A stretch of 61,200 nucleotides of DNA, the filler included, from Hausera hauseri (taxonomy: Eukaryota), in assembly GCA_046269625.1 (NCBI GenBank). It is 11 parts of 11 records of this genome, joined end to end, with 100 filler letters (N's around TTAATTAATTAA, not from the genome) between each part and the next. Parts side by side here need not be neighbours in the genome. Positions count along the whole stretch, not along the records: positions 18,860 to 25,603 come from JBJURY010069995.1; positions 25,704 to 29,663 come from JBJURY010856967.1; positions 29,764 to 33,802 come from JBJURY010720768.1; positions 33,903 to 39,370 come from JBJURY010247515.1; 7 more parts are not named here. One strand, 5' to 3'. The position numbers and the translations under genes were made by a program. Below the pieces are notes generated by a model. It was not told where the DNA came from, made no database searches, and worked only from the letters and a program-made list of their open reading frames with translations. This document shows, piece by piece, positions 23,530 through 34,462 of the stretch. Position 1 is the stretch's first letter. Each line of letters opens with the position of its first letter.

Positions 23530-24775
23530 TAGCTTTTTACTATAAACAAACATCGTCGTCGTCGTACTATTTGACAAAGGCGTGCCACAAGTTGTTATTG
23601 ACAATGCGGCATTTGAAGAAATCTACCTCGTTGATTCGGTTTTAACGGACGATAACATTGACATTCAATTTAACATTATGGTATCGGACAATGAACACCT
23701 GGATTTGAACGATACGCTACTCTATGTAAAAGTTATTATTAAAAAGGATGCATCAACGGTTCTCGCTGCAACAGACACTGTTACACCGGCCAATTATCTT
23801 TTTCTCACACTGTTCCAGGAGGCTTCACTTACTCTAAACAGCGTCAAAATCGAAGGAAACATTAGTCTATACAGTATCAAAGCACTCATTGAAACAGCTC
23901 TGAATTACAGAGTGGACACGAAAACGACTCATTTGACGAAAACCGTAGGATACAATGCAACAGGGCAAACTGTCAGGCATGGGTTGGAGAATTAAAACAG
24001 CTTACCATGTGTGGACCACTGTACTTTGACTTTTTCGATAAGCCGAAATACTTACTGGCCGGTGTTAAAGTTATGATTCGGCTCAAACGCAGCGACAATG
24101 TCTTTTGTTTGAAAACCGCCGTTGTACAGCTTAGACCCATACTGAAAATTACCGAGGCACAATTATACGTACGTCGAGTGAAGGTGGAACCATCTGTGTT
24201 CATGGGACATCGATTGGGCTTGGAAACATAAAATGCCTGTTATCCGACACAACGCACAGAACTCATCTTTTAAACTATACCGAAAGGTTCAACTACGTTT
24301 TATAAAGATGCACTGTTTGGCGACATACTATTGCCGAAATTTGTGCTCGTTACATTTCAAACGACTGTTTAACAAACGGGCAGTTATACGACCGATTCGG
24401 AAACGTTTACCCATAGCAATGTGAATTACATCAGTTAGGGTCGGAATGCGGATTTCCTCGAGACGTACAAACACGACTTTGAGTCTAATGATTACGTTTG
24501 CACACATATATGCAATCTATCGTGCGCATCATGGGTTTGCTCAACAAAAACATTAACAATGACATATCGATAGATTTGCTCAAGCCCACCTAACCATTCT
24601 TCACCTTTGTCCTGGCTCCGGACTATGACGTTGAGCAGACACAGCTACTTGAACAGTGCAACCTGCGATTGGAGGTTCACTTTGCCAAAGCGTTGGAACA
24701 GTCGACCGTGACGTACATTTACGGTGTATTTGACGCTGAAGTGTAAGTAACGTGAAACGAAACCGTCATTATATA
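23530..24775 (+). pseudogene. Polinton major capsid protein (double jelly-roll, PY)
   Basis: IQFNI..S..EHLDLNDTLLYVK; PANYL..TLF; IETALNY; GPL.FDFF..PKYLL.GV...IRL.R; A.LYVRRVKV; NLRLEVHFA.AL. Confidence 0.85.
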
Positions 24776-24889
24776 AATAAAATCTAATGAGTCACTACTA
24801 AACAATAGTATGAAGTAAATAATTAAGAATATTGTTATGCTTTAATCTCGCGTTTTACATTTAATGCCATCGAGCTCAGCTCCTAAGAA

Positions 24890-25180
24890 AAGCTGCTCAT
24901 TGGCGCGAAATTCCGCGGTTTGTTTCCTTTGGACCGTGTTCCGCGTGACTTTCGACAAGGTGACGGCTTTCTTGTCAATATACACCCGTTATCGTTACCG
25001 GGCGAACATTAGATTACTGGGTACATAGATCCTGCCGTCACCAAGGTATTTGATCTGGTCATATTTTACTATCTGTCATCGTTAGTTTCGAAAATTTAAC
25101 GAAAATCACCATCGTCATACCGTGTTAAACACAACCGACATTATTATCAACATCCACTGACCGTGCTGAGTGGACATTAT
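24890..25180 (+). pseudogene. Adenain-like cysteine protease remnant
   Basis: FRGLFPLDRVP......FLVNIHP...PGEH* (family consensus N.D....PG.HW). Confidence 0.7.
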
Positions 25181-25527
25181 TGATTGATGTGGCTAACGTT
25201 ACAGACATTTATATAAACAATGATTGTACGACTACTACTACTATTTACTTTGTGTTCATTTTGAGAAATACAGTATGTTGTTACACATGTGCTTGTGTGT
25301 GTTACTATTTTCATCACTTCGACGTTTATTTTCAATACACACAATTGTTTCACGTCATAAGTCACTATTTTATGTTGCATGCATGCATGCTTTCAAGAAG
25401 GCACATTTCTTTTCTTGTGTTCACATTTGAGTAACACATATTTGTTTTAAGTCACAACTAACGAATTCATGTTGCAGACAAATTTCCCGTATCTCTCGTG
25501 CTCAAGGTTTGTGACGACGACGATATA

Positions 25528-25549
25528 CATCATCATCATCATCATCATT

Positions 25550-25603
<54 letters not shown>
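25528..25603 (+). repeat. (CAT)n microsatellite at contig end
   Basis: About 25 CAT units with one variant. Confidence 0.98.
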
Positions 25604-25703
25604 NNNNNNNNNNNNNNNNNNNNNNNNNNNNNNNNNNNNNNNNNNNNTTAATTAATTAANNNNNNNNNNNNNNNNNNNNNNNNNNNNNNNNNNNNNNNNN
25701 NNN

Positions 25704-28700
25704 TTCGTAAAAATCCACAACCACCACGTTTGACTCTAATCCCTTTTCGGTATCATATTTTGCTCCACTACAATGTCCGCTATGCATATCTAATCTTCCG
25801 GCCATTACCTTGTATGCCCTGATTATTTTTCCTGGTTGCATTTCCAATTGTGTACCATCTCATTGTATTCGCCCAGTTTCCTTGGCTTGTTTGCAGTGCT
25901 GGCGTTCTAAGTTCATTGGAATTAGCCGAGTAGTCGGCTTGATTATGGAGGAATGTCCGTGTATTAGTCCACAATGGAAAATGCTTCGCGATCGTCTCAA
26001 CATGCACTCCATTCCATCCAACGATATCAGTTCTTGTTGTTGATACAGGAAGTAATTTGTCTCTCTTGTTTCCAAGTTGTGCGGTCTGGCATCCTCACAT
26101 ACTTCCAGATCCATTAAAGAATATTGTTGCCCTAATTTAAACTTATTGCAATCATAAACAGTTACTGCGCCTATATGCTTTATTAGCATCATTAAGGTGA
26201 GTAAAGTGATTAGCCAATTTGATTCATTTCTCCGGCCTCCAACATCCGACATTGTCAGGTTACGCAACATATCGTCGAGTTTGTTGTTGTTTCGTTTGTC
26301 TTACTTATCAAACAGTCTTGTCAAGGGCATTCTTCTTGCTGCTTTTTGTGCTAAGCTTATAGCTGTATTAATTTCGTTTTCTCGGTTGGGGTTTATTTTG
26401 ATAGCTAAATATAATAGCACTTTTCTCAATTCTTCGTTGCTGTTCTCTACCATGATCTTCTCGATTACCGATTCATCGGTTAAGTTGCTTTTCGATAATT
26501 TAGAACACGAACTTCGCATCCTCGTAGCTGCTTCGAATATTATCTTCTCCTTATCATCCAATGCATCACCTCGTAGACTGGAATAATTCACAATTCGTAT
26601 TAAATTTCTCATCAACTCGCTTAATTCTTCTTTATCTACGCTAAGAGTCGGAATCGACATATGTCTCACTTCTCTAATTAACTCTCCGTTGTAATCCACT
26701 TCTTGTACTTTTCTGGGCCTACCTACGGGGCGTTTCGGCTTTTGGCCTTTAGCGGCTATTTCACTCAGTGGTACTAGGTTTATGTCATATTGTTCCTTAT
26801 CCTCGTCTGTTTGTAGGTACTCAAAATACAGTGCAGCGTCTCGGACTCCCATAATCTGTCCTACGCATTGTTCTGTTTTAGCTTTTCGTGTAGCTTCTTC
26901 TTTTGTCTGTTCATTAGCTATCACTACCACTATCCGGTTTGCTTCGTCAGGAATAATCCCGACGTCTATTAACTGTTCTAGATCATCGAGTATTCTACCT
27001 CTGAAATAAAATCTATAGTTTAACTCGTTTGTTCTGCCGTTGTTTAATAGCCATTCTCTCACATCCTTTACGTAGGAATGTGTAGTTAACTCGCATTCTT
27101 TTTCATCCATCCATTCAGATGATACCATTACTTTTATCACCATTTGAGGTGTAACCCTTAAGATTTTAGCGTATTCCCTTATTCAAAGTTTTGGCACCGT
27201 ACTATAAATCGCATTTTCGCTAGATAATTTAGTTAAAGTCGGAACAAGTTGTCTTAATTTATTTTCCGTAATGTTTACACTAATTAGTTCTATTAAGTCC
27301 CGTTCAGCTAGCGCTGAATCCAGAAGCATCTCCACATTGAATCTCCTGTCCTGCAGACATGTTTCTATTTCGTTTAGTCGTACTGGAGATATAGGTTTCC
27401 CGGTCAGTATCTCATCAAAGTATGCATCCCATTTGGGTACGTTTCCTGTATCTGGAAGTCGGTAGTCTACTAAGACTGTGTTGGTTCTTTGAATATTTTT
27501 TCTAATTTCCTTCAGTCTAGGTTGTATTTCTTTCATTTGTGTTGTTCGGAAACCTACTCCGTTTCCACAAGCATACTGAATCATTTTCAGTAGTTCGCCG
27601 AATTCCTTAGAATCTATGAGTCCTTTTTGGTGATAATCTGTCAATTCGAGAATTACATCTGCCACCTTTGTACGAATTCTCGCTTATTCTTGATTTCCGC
27701 TTCGGTGAAAGCATATTTCTTTCGATAGGCTTCGAATTCTTTTGTTAATTCATCTAGTCTTGTAGCTCTTTGTTTTGTTTTGATACACGTTTCCTCTACT
27801 TGCCGTAATTTGGGCATTAATTGCCTTATCCTCTCATCATTGATTTCTGCCATTTCCACCAATAAATAGGCTAACTCGTGCATCTCATTTATGGTTTTTG
27901 AGTCAGGGTCCATTGCGTCCGACAATTTTTTTACGAACTTATGTTCCTGAAAACTAAAATGTTGGTCGTTTCCTATCTTTATTAGTTCAGTGTGGAAATT
28001 CTGATCCGATCCGGGCGGCCATTCTTGAGGTTTATGCAAGAATCTTATCGCGTCTGTTAGCGTGTCTCGATGTTCTGCACAAATATCTAGAGTTTCGATG
28101 TCTCGGACAGTGATATCGTTGATAGGTTTATCCGTTAGATATTGCACTCCTTCTAGTCGGATAATTCTTAATTTTGAGTAAAAATTACAAGTCATATTCC
28201 GCTTGTCCGTAAAATTCGTTTTTTTGATCATTTTATAGATTTCTTCCAGTATCGTCGCTTCCTGTTTCTTTTCCATAAAATTAAGTTGCCGTAATGCTTC
28301 GAATCGTGTTCGGATATCTATTTCCGCGAGTATGGTACCTAAATTGTATGCGGTTTCTTCTAACTGTTTCTTAGCGGAAGATTCGCTTTCTGGGAATTCA
28401 ATCTTACGCCTGTTTACCAGTTTACTTAATTGCATTATTAGTCGGTCCATTCTGACAATTAATTTGCAATTACTGGCCTTGCCATAATAGTCTTATCCAA
28501 CATCTTATATGCATCCTTTAATTCATCATCCGGTCCCTTTAGAAAATTCCTGATCCGACCTACATGACTAAACTCGTCCTTATATTCGTCCAATTCTACG
28601 ATACAAACCTTCACTACGTATTGAGTCTCCTCGTTGTTTGGGAACATAATTCGATTTCTTAAACCATAAATCTGTGCTCGCGTTTCATTTTCTATCTTAA

Positions 28701-29663
28701 TTCGACTCTATAAATTTGTATATCGTCTGGGTACAGCAAAAGCGATTCTAATTATTTCCATCAAGGGAGGGATATCTACTAGGTCTATACCCAATATTTC
28801 TAAGTTAGTATTACTTCGGTTACTAACCGGTTTTTCTCTAAGCCGGTGAATCATTGCGAAACGGATCTCCACCATCATCCGTTCTAAACTACGAGCTGCT
28901 CTCTTTAATTTTGGGTTTACTTCTAACGTGGACAGTAGTGTCTGAGCCTGATTAACTTTTACATCGACGCTATCTTTATCTTTGCTACATCCTTCCTTAA
29001 ATTACACTCCACTTTTAATCCATGATTCTAATTCGTGTTTCCATTATAACAATATTTCGGTTGATATTTCTTCAGGTTGCCCTACGTCGATCGCTTCTTC
29101 GAATTTTCCTTCACTGCGTAATTTTAGACTTTTATATAACCTCTCCGCGTATTGCTGCTCTCTTCTGGATATGTCTACTTGTTTGCTAAATTGTTTCAGT
29201 CTTTTTAAGTCCTCTTGTGATATTTCTAGGTTATAACGTTTGTTTCTCATTTTCCTCAATTTATCTGCGTTTTTCCACGAATGTCGGACTTTCCACTTCT
29301 TGGGATCAAAATCATAAGTATTTGTTGTTTCTTCTTTATTAGTAGAAAGTGGGAAAATTTCGTTAATTTTGTTAATTGACTCCACGGATTCTGCTACTCC
29401 AGCAGGCGTAATTGGGCCAATCTCTGGTGTATTCAACCTATAATCCGTGTCGCCTTCTATAGCGACATTCGGATTTTCTGGTTCTTCAATTTTCTCTCTA
29501 GTTATTTTGGAGCGCGAACGACTTCTACGTTTCATTTTCAATGAAGGGCTGCAGCCTCTATTTTTCGTGATTTTAAGTATCAACGGTTCCATAAATTCTT
29601 TTTTTGCAGCATCGTCGTCAACGTATCTACCTACCTTTTTAACCGTAAACTCAGGTTCTACGT
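25704..29663 (-). mobile_element. Large Gypsy clade, copy 2: region X running into env N-terminus
   Basis: ORFs 29044-29592, 27653-28450, 27183-27665, 26301-27143 (UBL, KRPVGRPRK) and 25860-26270 (signal peptide, VYDC, FHCG) are colinear with contigs 1 and 11. The last two ORFs share a frame and are separated by one stop. Confidence 0.88.
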
Positions 29664-30304
29664 NNNNNNNNNNNNNNNNNNNNNNNNNNNNNNNNNNNNN
29701 NNNNNNNTTAATTAATTAANNNNNNNNNNNNNNNNNNNNNNNNNNNNNNNNNNNNNNNNNNNNATCACATTTGCTTTTTATCAGCAGGTGTCCTCTCATC
29801 ATTATATGCCAATTTCATTAAATTTGGACTACATTGCTTTTTTTACTTCCCATTGTCTTCTTTCTTCCGCAATGCACTTTTCCTTGTTCTTTTTCCATAT
29901 TCATCAATCCCCCGACTACTACTGCCGGAAACAATCAATGACCGAACGCACCGACTTATCCACTCCGCCACAAGCCCATGTCGGACCAGACCACTTTTCT
30001 TCTCTTTATACCAAATCAAACATTCGCCCCACACCCATGATATTCACAGATTCGGAATGGGTTTGGCCCCGACGACATTTCATCTCATCTAATGCTGCTC
30101 AAATTTTGCTTCTAGAAGAAAGTTGTTTTATTCTTTCCCGTTTCCTGAGTTATGCTTTGACTATTTGGAAAATTCGACTTTACCATTGAACTCCGCTTGG
30201 CCGATTTGATCGGAAACCACTCTTAAACCACGGGAATACGACTCATACTCGTGGACTTTGTGACCCCCCCCATGTGCGGAACCGACATATCTACCTACTG
30301 TGAT

Positions 30305-31185
30305 GGTAACACAGGATGAAATTAATGATGGAATAATCTGACAATTACAGATCGGGTTATTCCACCATTAAGCAAATAATTGGTTCGTATTTAGAACAAT
30401 ACTTTGTTTTACGATTTACCCTTATTTTGTATTTTCTTTTAGAATGGTAAGTATGATCAGCCGAATTAGTATCAACGAATTTCTACAAGGATACGCGACG
30501 GTCCTCGTTTCCAAATTAGAAACCATATACAGAAGAATAAATGATGCACTACAAACAGAAATTTACATCGAATATCGAAAAGTGAACAAAATACCAAATG
30601 ACTTAAAGGGGACCACCGTAGAAAGTCGCACATTTTTCTTACATGCGATGCGCAAGAACAATCAAGCCAGATCATATGAACTCAAGGAAATGATTCAGAA
30701 TAAGGTCGTCCAAATGGAGGACATATTTATCCATTTAGTAGACGGTGAAGTGTACTATAGTATAAAAAGCCAACAATGGAACTGTAACGAAAGACGCCAA
30801 CACCGATTTAGTACATTTAGGATAAGTAAACAAAGATTAGAAAGTACAGACTATGGGCTAAAATATAGAGTAGCAGCCCGTCCTGTTAAACTTATGTATA
30901 AAGTAACCTGTAAAGAGAATTGTAACTTAGGTTTGCCAATTCTAGAATTTAAATAGACGCCAACAGAAGAAGAAAAAGACAAACATAAGCAATCATATAA
31001 GCTAGTCCAAGATGGACGTAATATAAGAATCTTAGCAATATATTGTGGCAGATTAGATGATGGATATGGAATACCCATCAAAATATCTATCAGAGAAAGA
31101 GATGGAACTGAAATATATTCTACAATTATAAATCCCAGAAAACATGTTCAAGAATCACATGCGGAAGTAACTTGGCTAAGGAAAA
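30305..31185 (+). mobile_element. Second copy of the hairpin / splice acceptor / orphan domain / pseudo-exonuclease module
   Basis: ORF 30444-30956 aligns without gaps to 8688-9335 (MVSMIS.IS...FL; FSTFRI; KENCNLGLP.LEF). About 140 nt of upstream non-coding DNA is also conserved. Confidence 0.9.
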
Positions 31186-31189
31186 ACCA

Positions 31190-31535
31190 ACTTATAAGTG
31201 TAAAACAATGCGACAGTCCAGAAGACGACAGGCAAGATCCCAGCAGAGATAATATTTGGCAGAAAAATATATAGAGAAAGATAGTATAAACAAAAAGAAG
31301 GAACAGAAGGGAGGAATATAGTGAGTCAGGAAAAACCCACAGTAAAATGGACGTTTGAAGTAGGGGATCAGGTGCTGGTACGGAGGGAATCCGGAACAAA
31401 GGAGAAAGACAAATACGAAGGCCCCTACACAATCATTGAGAAAGTTCACGCGAGGCGATACGTACTACGACATGAAGATGGTCAAACCTTGGAGAGAAAC
31501 GTAGAAAAGCTGCGAAGATTCTTAAAGAAGGGGGA
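31190..31535 (+). mobile_element. Integrase C-terminus (GPY/F) and PPT of a different Gypsy family
   Basis: FEVGDQVLVR......KYEGPYTIIE......Y; AAAGAAGGGGGA directly before TGT at 31536. Confidence 0.8.
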
Positions 31536-31830
31536 TGTGAGGATATAATTGAGAACAGAAATCCTAAATTTAAATGAGAAAGATATTTAAATTTAAATTA
31601 AAAGTTTGATTTAAAAGTAATATTAAATGTCTGATTTAAATTTGGAAAATTTATTTCCAAATAAATATTTTGGATTATAATATAAATTTTCAACAATAGT
31701 TGTTACTTTTCAATGAGTAATTACAAACGATCACATTCCGATTTAGCGGAAAGACCAGGGGGCGGGGATTTTCCAATCCTATCCAAGCCGGGCGACGAGG
31801 TGGACGGAATGAATGCGAACGCGGCCAACA
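31536..31830 (+). repeat. LTR (TG...CA, 295 bp); diverged second copy starts at 33529
   Basis: Starts TGTGAGGATATAATTGAGAACAGAAA after the PPT; the same start and colinear body occur at 33529-33802. Confidence 0.85.
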
Positions 31831-31835
31831 AAAAT

Positions 31836-32345
31836 CATCAACAAATTTGCTATCGCAATTTGCCTGTAATCAGTCTCATGTCGTCCACATTTATACAGCT
31901 GCTGCCGTTAATAAATTATTGATGGTTCGTCATCCGTCGTCACCCAATGCCATCATTACTTCGGCAGATGTTAACCATACGATGCTTTTTCATTTGTGCG
32001 ATGCATTGCAGATCGAAGGATCAAAAGAGAATGACTATACTATGCAGGCCATTATGCGTTGTTTGAGTTTGTTGAAAACTGCTCAGCTGCCGTTGGATAA
32101 AATTCTGCGGTTCTCACTACGAAAATTAAACTTAGCCGTTAAAAATCGGAAGAAACCACAATTCAATTATTTCGTAATGGACACCATTGCTCTGTGATAA
32201 AAATCGTGTGCAATAACAATTCCAATCACGTCAGTAAATTCGAAACTGCACTGGCACCTATATTTGAAACGGCCTTTCAGAAAGAAGTCGAACAATTCCA
32301 GCGTACATATTTCAATTGGTGAGTCTCCTTCTAGCTCACAGTCCA
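31836..32345 (+). pseudogene. CSE1L: Exportin-2 (CSE1/CAS) fragment, C-terminal side
   Basis: SHVVHIYTAAAVNKL..GSKENDYTMQAIMR..KN.KKPQFNYFVMD..FETAL..IF....VEQF..YIFQLVSLLL matches recalled CSE1L (SIVVHTYAAHALERL..GSSENEYIMKAIMR..KNPSKPHFNHYMFE). Confidence 0.88.
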
Positions 32346-33159
32346 CATATATGTTGGTCACCAGAAGATTCACGTTCGGTCCCGCCTGGCAAAACTGACT
32401 TTGCTACGGGGAGGGGGTGATGTGGTTCCCACATTGCCCCACGACAAAATAATAGTATATAAATCTACATATGGGACATTGTTAGTAAAAAGGTTTTGTT
32501 TGAATATGCCGATTGATTCAATGGAGATTTACTTTTTGTAAAAAGGAAATAAAATCTATTTGTGGTCTTACTAAGTCGTTGGAGATTTTTTTGTTATATT
32601 GTATCTCATCGCTTGTATACAATTTTACAACCTCATAACCATTGATACAATTGTGGATTATTATATTCAGTATTACTACAACTCGATCTGTCACAGTCTC
32701 ATATTTTGTGGATCACAATTTTTATAATCGAATAAAATTGATCCAATTCTTGAGGACCAATATCTATCCAAAAATATGAAATAGACGGATATAACATGAG
32801 TGAAATCATATCTGGTGTCAGAAGTGCCCATCTATATGCATTCATCATAGAGCGAAAAGAGGCTCAATATTGTATAACGGTCACTGATCCAGCAAGATCA
32901 ACCGTTTTGCATCAACCAGTTAACTTAGGAGAGACTGATTGTCTCATAATCGAAGGACAACAGTTGGAATTTTACATCCCATATCTACATCTCGGCGAAA
33001 TCCAGGAATTATTTTATTTCTCCACCAACGACGCACTCGACACAACAGATACAGTCAGTGCTGCTCCTGTCCAGCCAAATAAAATGCTAAAAACAACGAT
33101 TGCTCAAGCTATTCTCATCCCTCTTACTCACCAGAATATAATTGTCGGGATATTGAAGG

Positions 33160-33528
33160 ATTCAATACACACTCGTTTGAAATCGCCATTTGATTTGCTT
33201 AAAGCACTTTGTAATCTCATCCAAGGAGGAATTGTCGAACATTTTACTGCCTACATCCAGAGTTTATCAGATCGTTATTCGCAAAATCCACAAGTACATT
33301 GGAAAGAAAAGGAGTATGCATTGCTCTTCATTACTTCCATTGCATCACTTGGCGGTACTGAAAGATACAGCTTTACGAATATGAACTTTGTTGATATTCC
33401 TGCGCCTTATAAGAGTCACGTGTTGCCGGAATTATATGGTAAAATCGGCGGCAATGCAGTCGTTAAAGACAATTGTATCAAGTATCTTATGGCATTCCGC
33501 AATATCATTTCCCACGGCGAATTGAAAT
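33160..33528 (+). pseudogene. CSE1L: Exportin-2 (CSE1/CAS) fragment, N-terminal side, fused to unrelated sequence in ORF 32796-33533
   Basis: DLLKALC....YSQNPQVHWKEKE.A....TSIAS...HVLPEL....VVK..CIKYLMAFRN versus recalled CSE1L DLVRGLC..YAKNPSVNWKHKDAA..LKADGIKYIMIFRN. Confidence 0.88.
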
Positions 33529-33802
33529 TGTGAGGATATAATTGAGAACAGAAATTCTAAATTTAAATTAAAAACATTTTAAATTTAAATTAAAACTTCA
33601 ATTTAGACATGTAATATTAAAAATCTTATTTAAACTTGGAAAATTTGTTTCCAAATAAATATTTTGGATTATAAAAAAAATATTCAACAACTATTGTTAT
33701 TTTTCAATGAGCAATTAGAAACTATCAAATTTTGATTTAGCGGACAGACCAGGGGGCGGGGATTGTACAACTTTACACAATCCGGGCGACGAGTTGGCCG
33801 GC
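33529..33802 (+). repeat. LTR copy, truncated by the contig end
   Basis: Colinear with 31536-31810 but with many substitutions. Confidence 0.85.
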
Positions 33803-33902
33803 NNNNNNNNNNNNNNNNNNNNNNNNNNNNNNNNNNNNNNNNNNNNTTAATTAATTAANNNNNNNNNNNNNNNNNNNNNNNNNNNNNNNNNNNNNNNNNN
33901 NN

Positions 33903-33979
33903 TTGTCTGTTTCCGTCCATCCAAGAAAACTAATGATCTTGTCTGTTTCCGTCCATCCAAGAAAACTAATGATCTTGTC
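33903..33979 (+). repeat. 36-bp tandem repeat (2 full units + partial), probably Polinton subterminal
   Basis: TTGTCTGTTTCCGTCCATCCAAGAAAACTAATGATC occurs twice, followed by TTGTC. Confidence 0.9.
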
Positions 33980-34462
33980 AAAACTTTAGTGTAAATTTTT
34001 TTGGTCGATCTCCTCAAAAGCCAGTGGCTGAAGGGACTCCGTAGAAAGAGAACATTCAGACGAAGTGACGTAAAGTTTATTTAGCTACTAAAATAAAGAT
34101 GCTTTGTATTGACTTACTTAATATTTTACGATTACTATGCATAATAATGTCCTATTCCAGCTACAAACTAATACTAAAACTCTAATACTGTCAACAATGC
34201 CACAATCAAAAATCAAAGAAATCAAATCACTTCACCAACAAATTTATTTATACAATTTCACAGTTTATTTTAAAAAATCCTTACATTCAAACACCAATTA
34301 GCAATAATGATCAAATAAAAGAAAATCAATAAATTTAATTTTTAAAAAATTTATAAATGAGGCAATGTGTTGATATGGCTACATATTTCATTATTTCAAA
34401 ATTCACGTCTACAAATGGTGAGGTTTTTATTTGTGCTCCTCAAATAAGTGGTTGATTTTTAG

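Noticed and set aside
25469-25651. Poly-Ile membrane protein ORF
   Set aside because: It is only the translation of the (CAT)n microsatellite.
29764-30260. Minus-strand RNase H/integrase remnant
   Set aside because: Only faint resemblance with no intact motif; not called.
33060-33130. KTTIAQAI as an SF3 helicase Walker A motif
   Set aside because: It lacks the GxxxxG and any Walker B motif.
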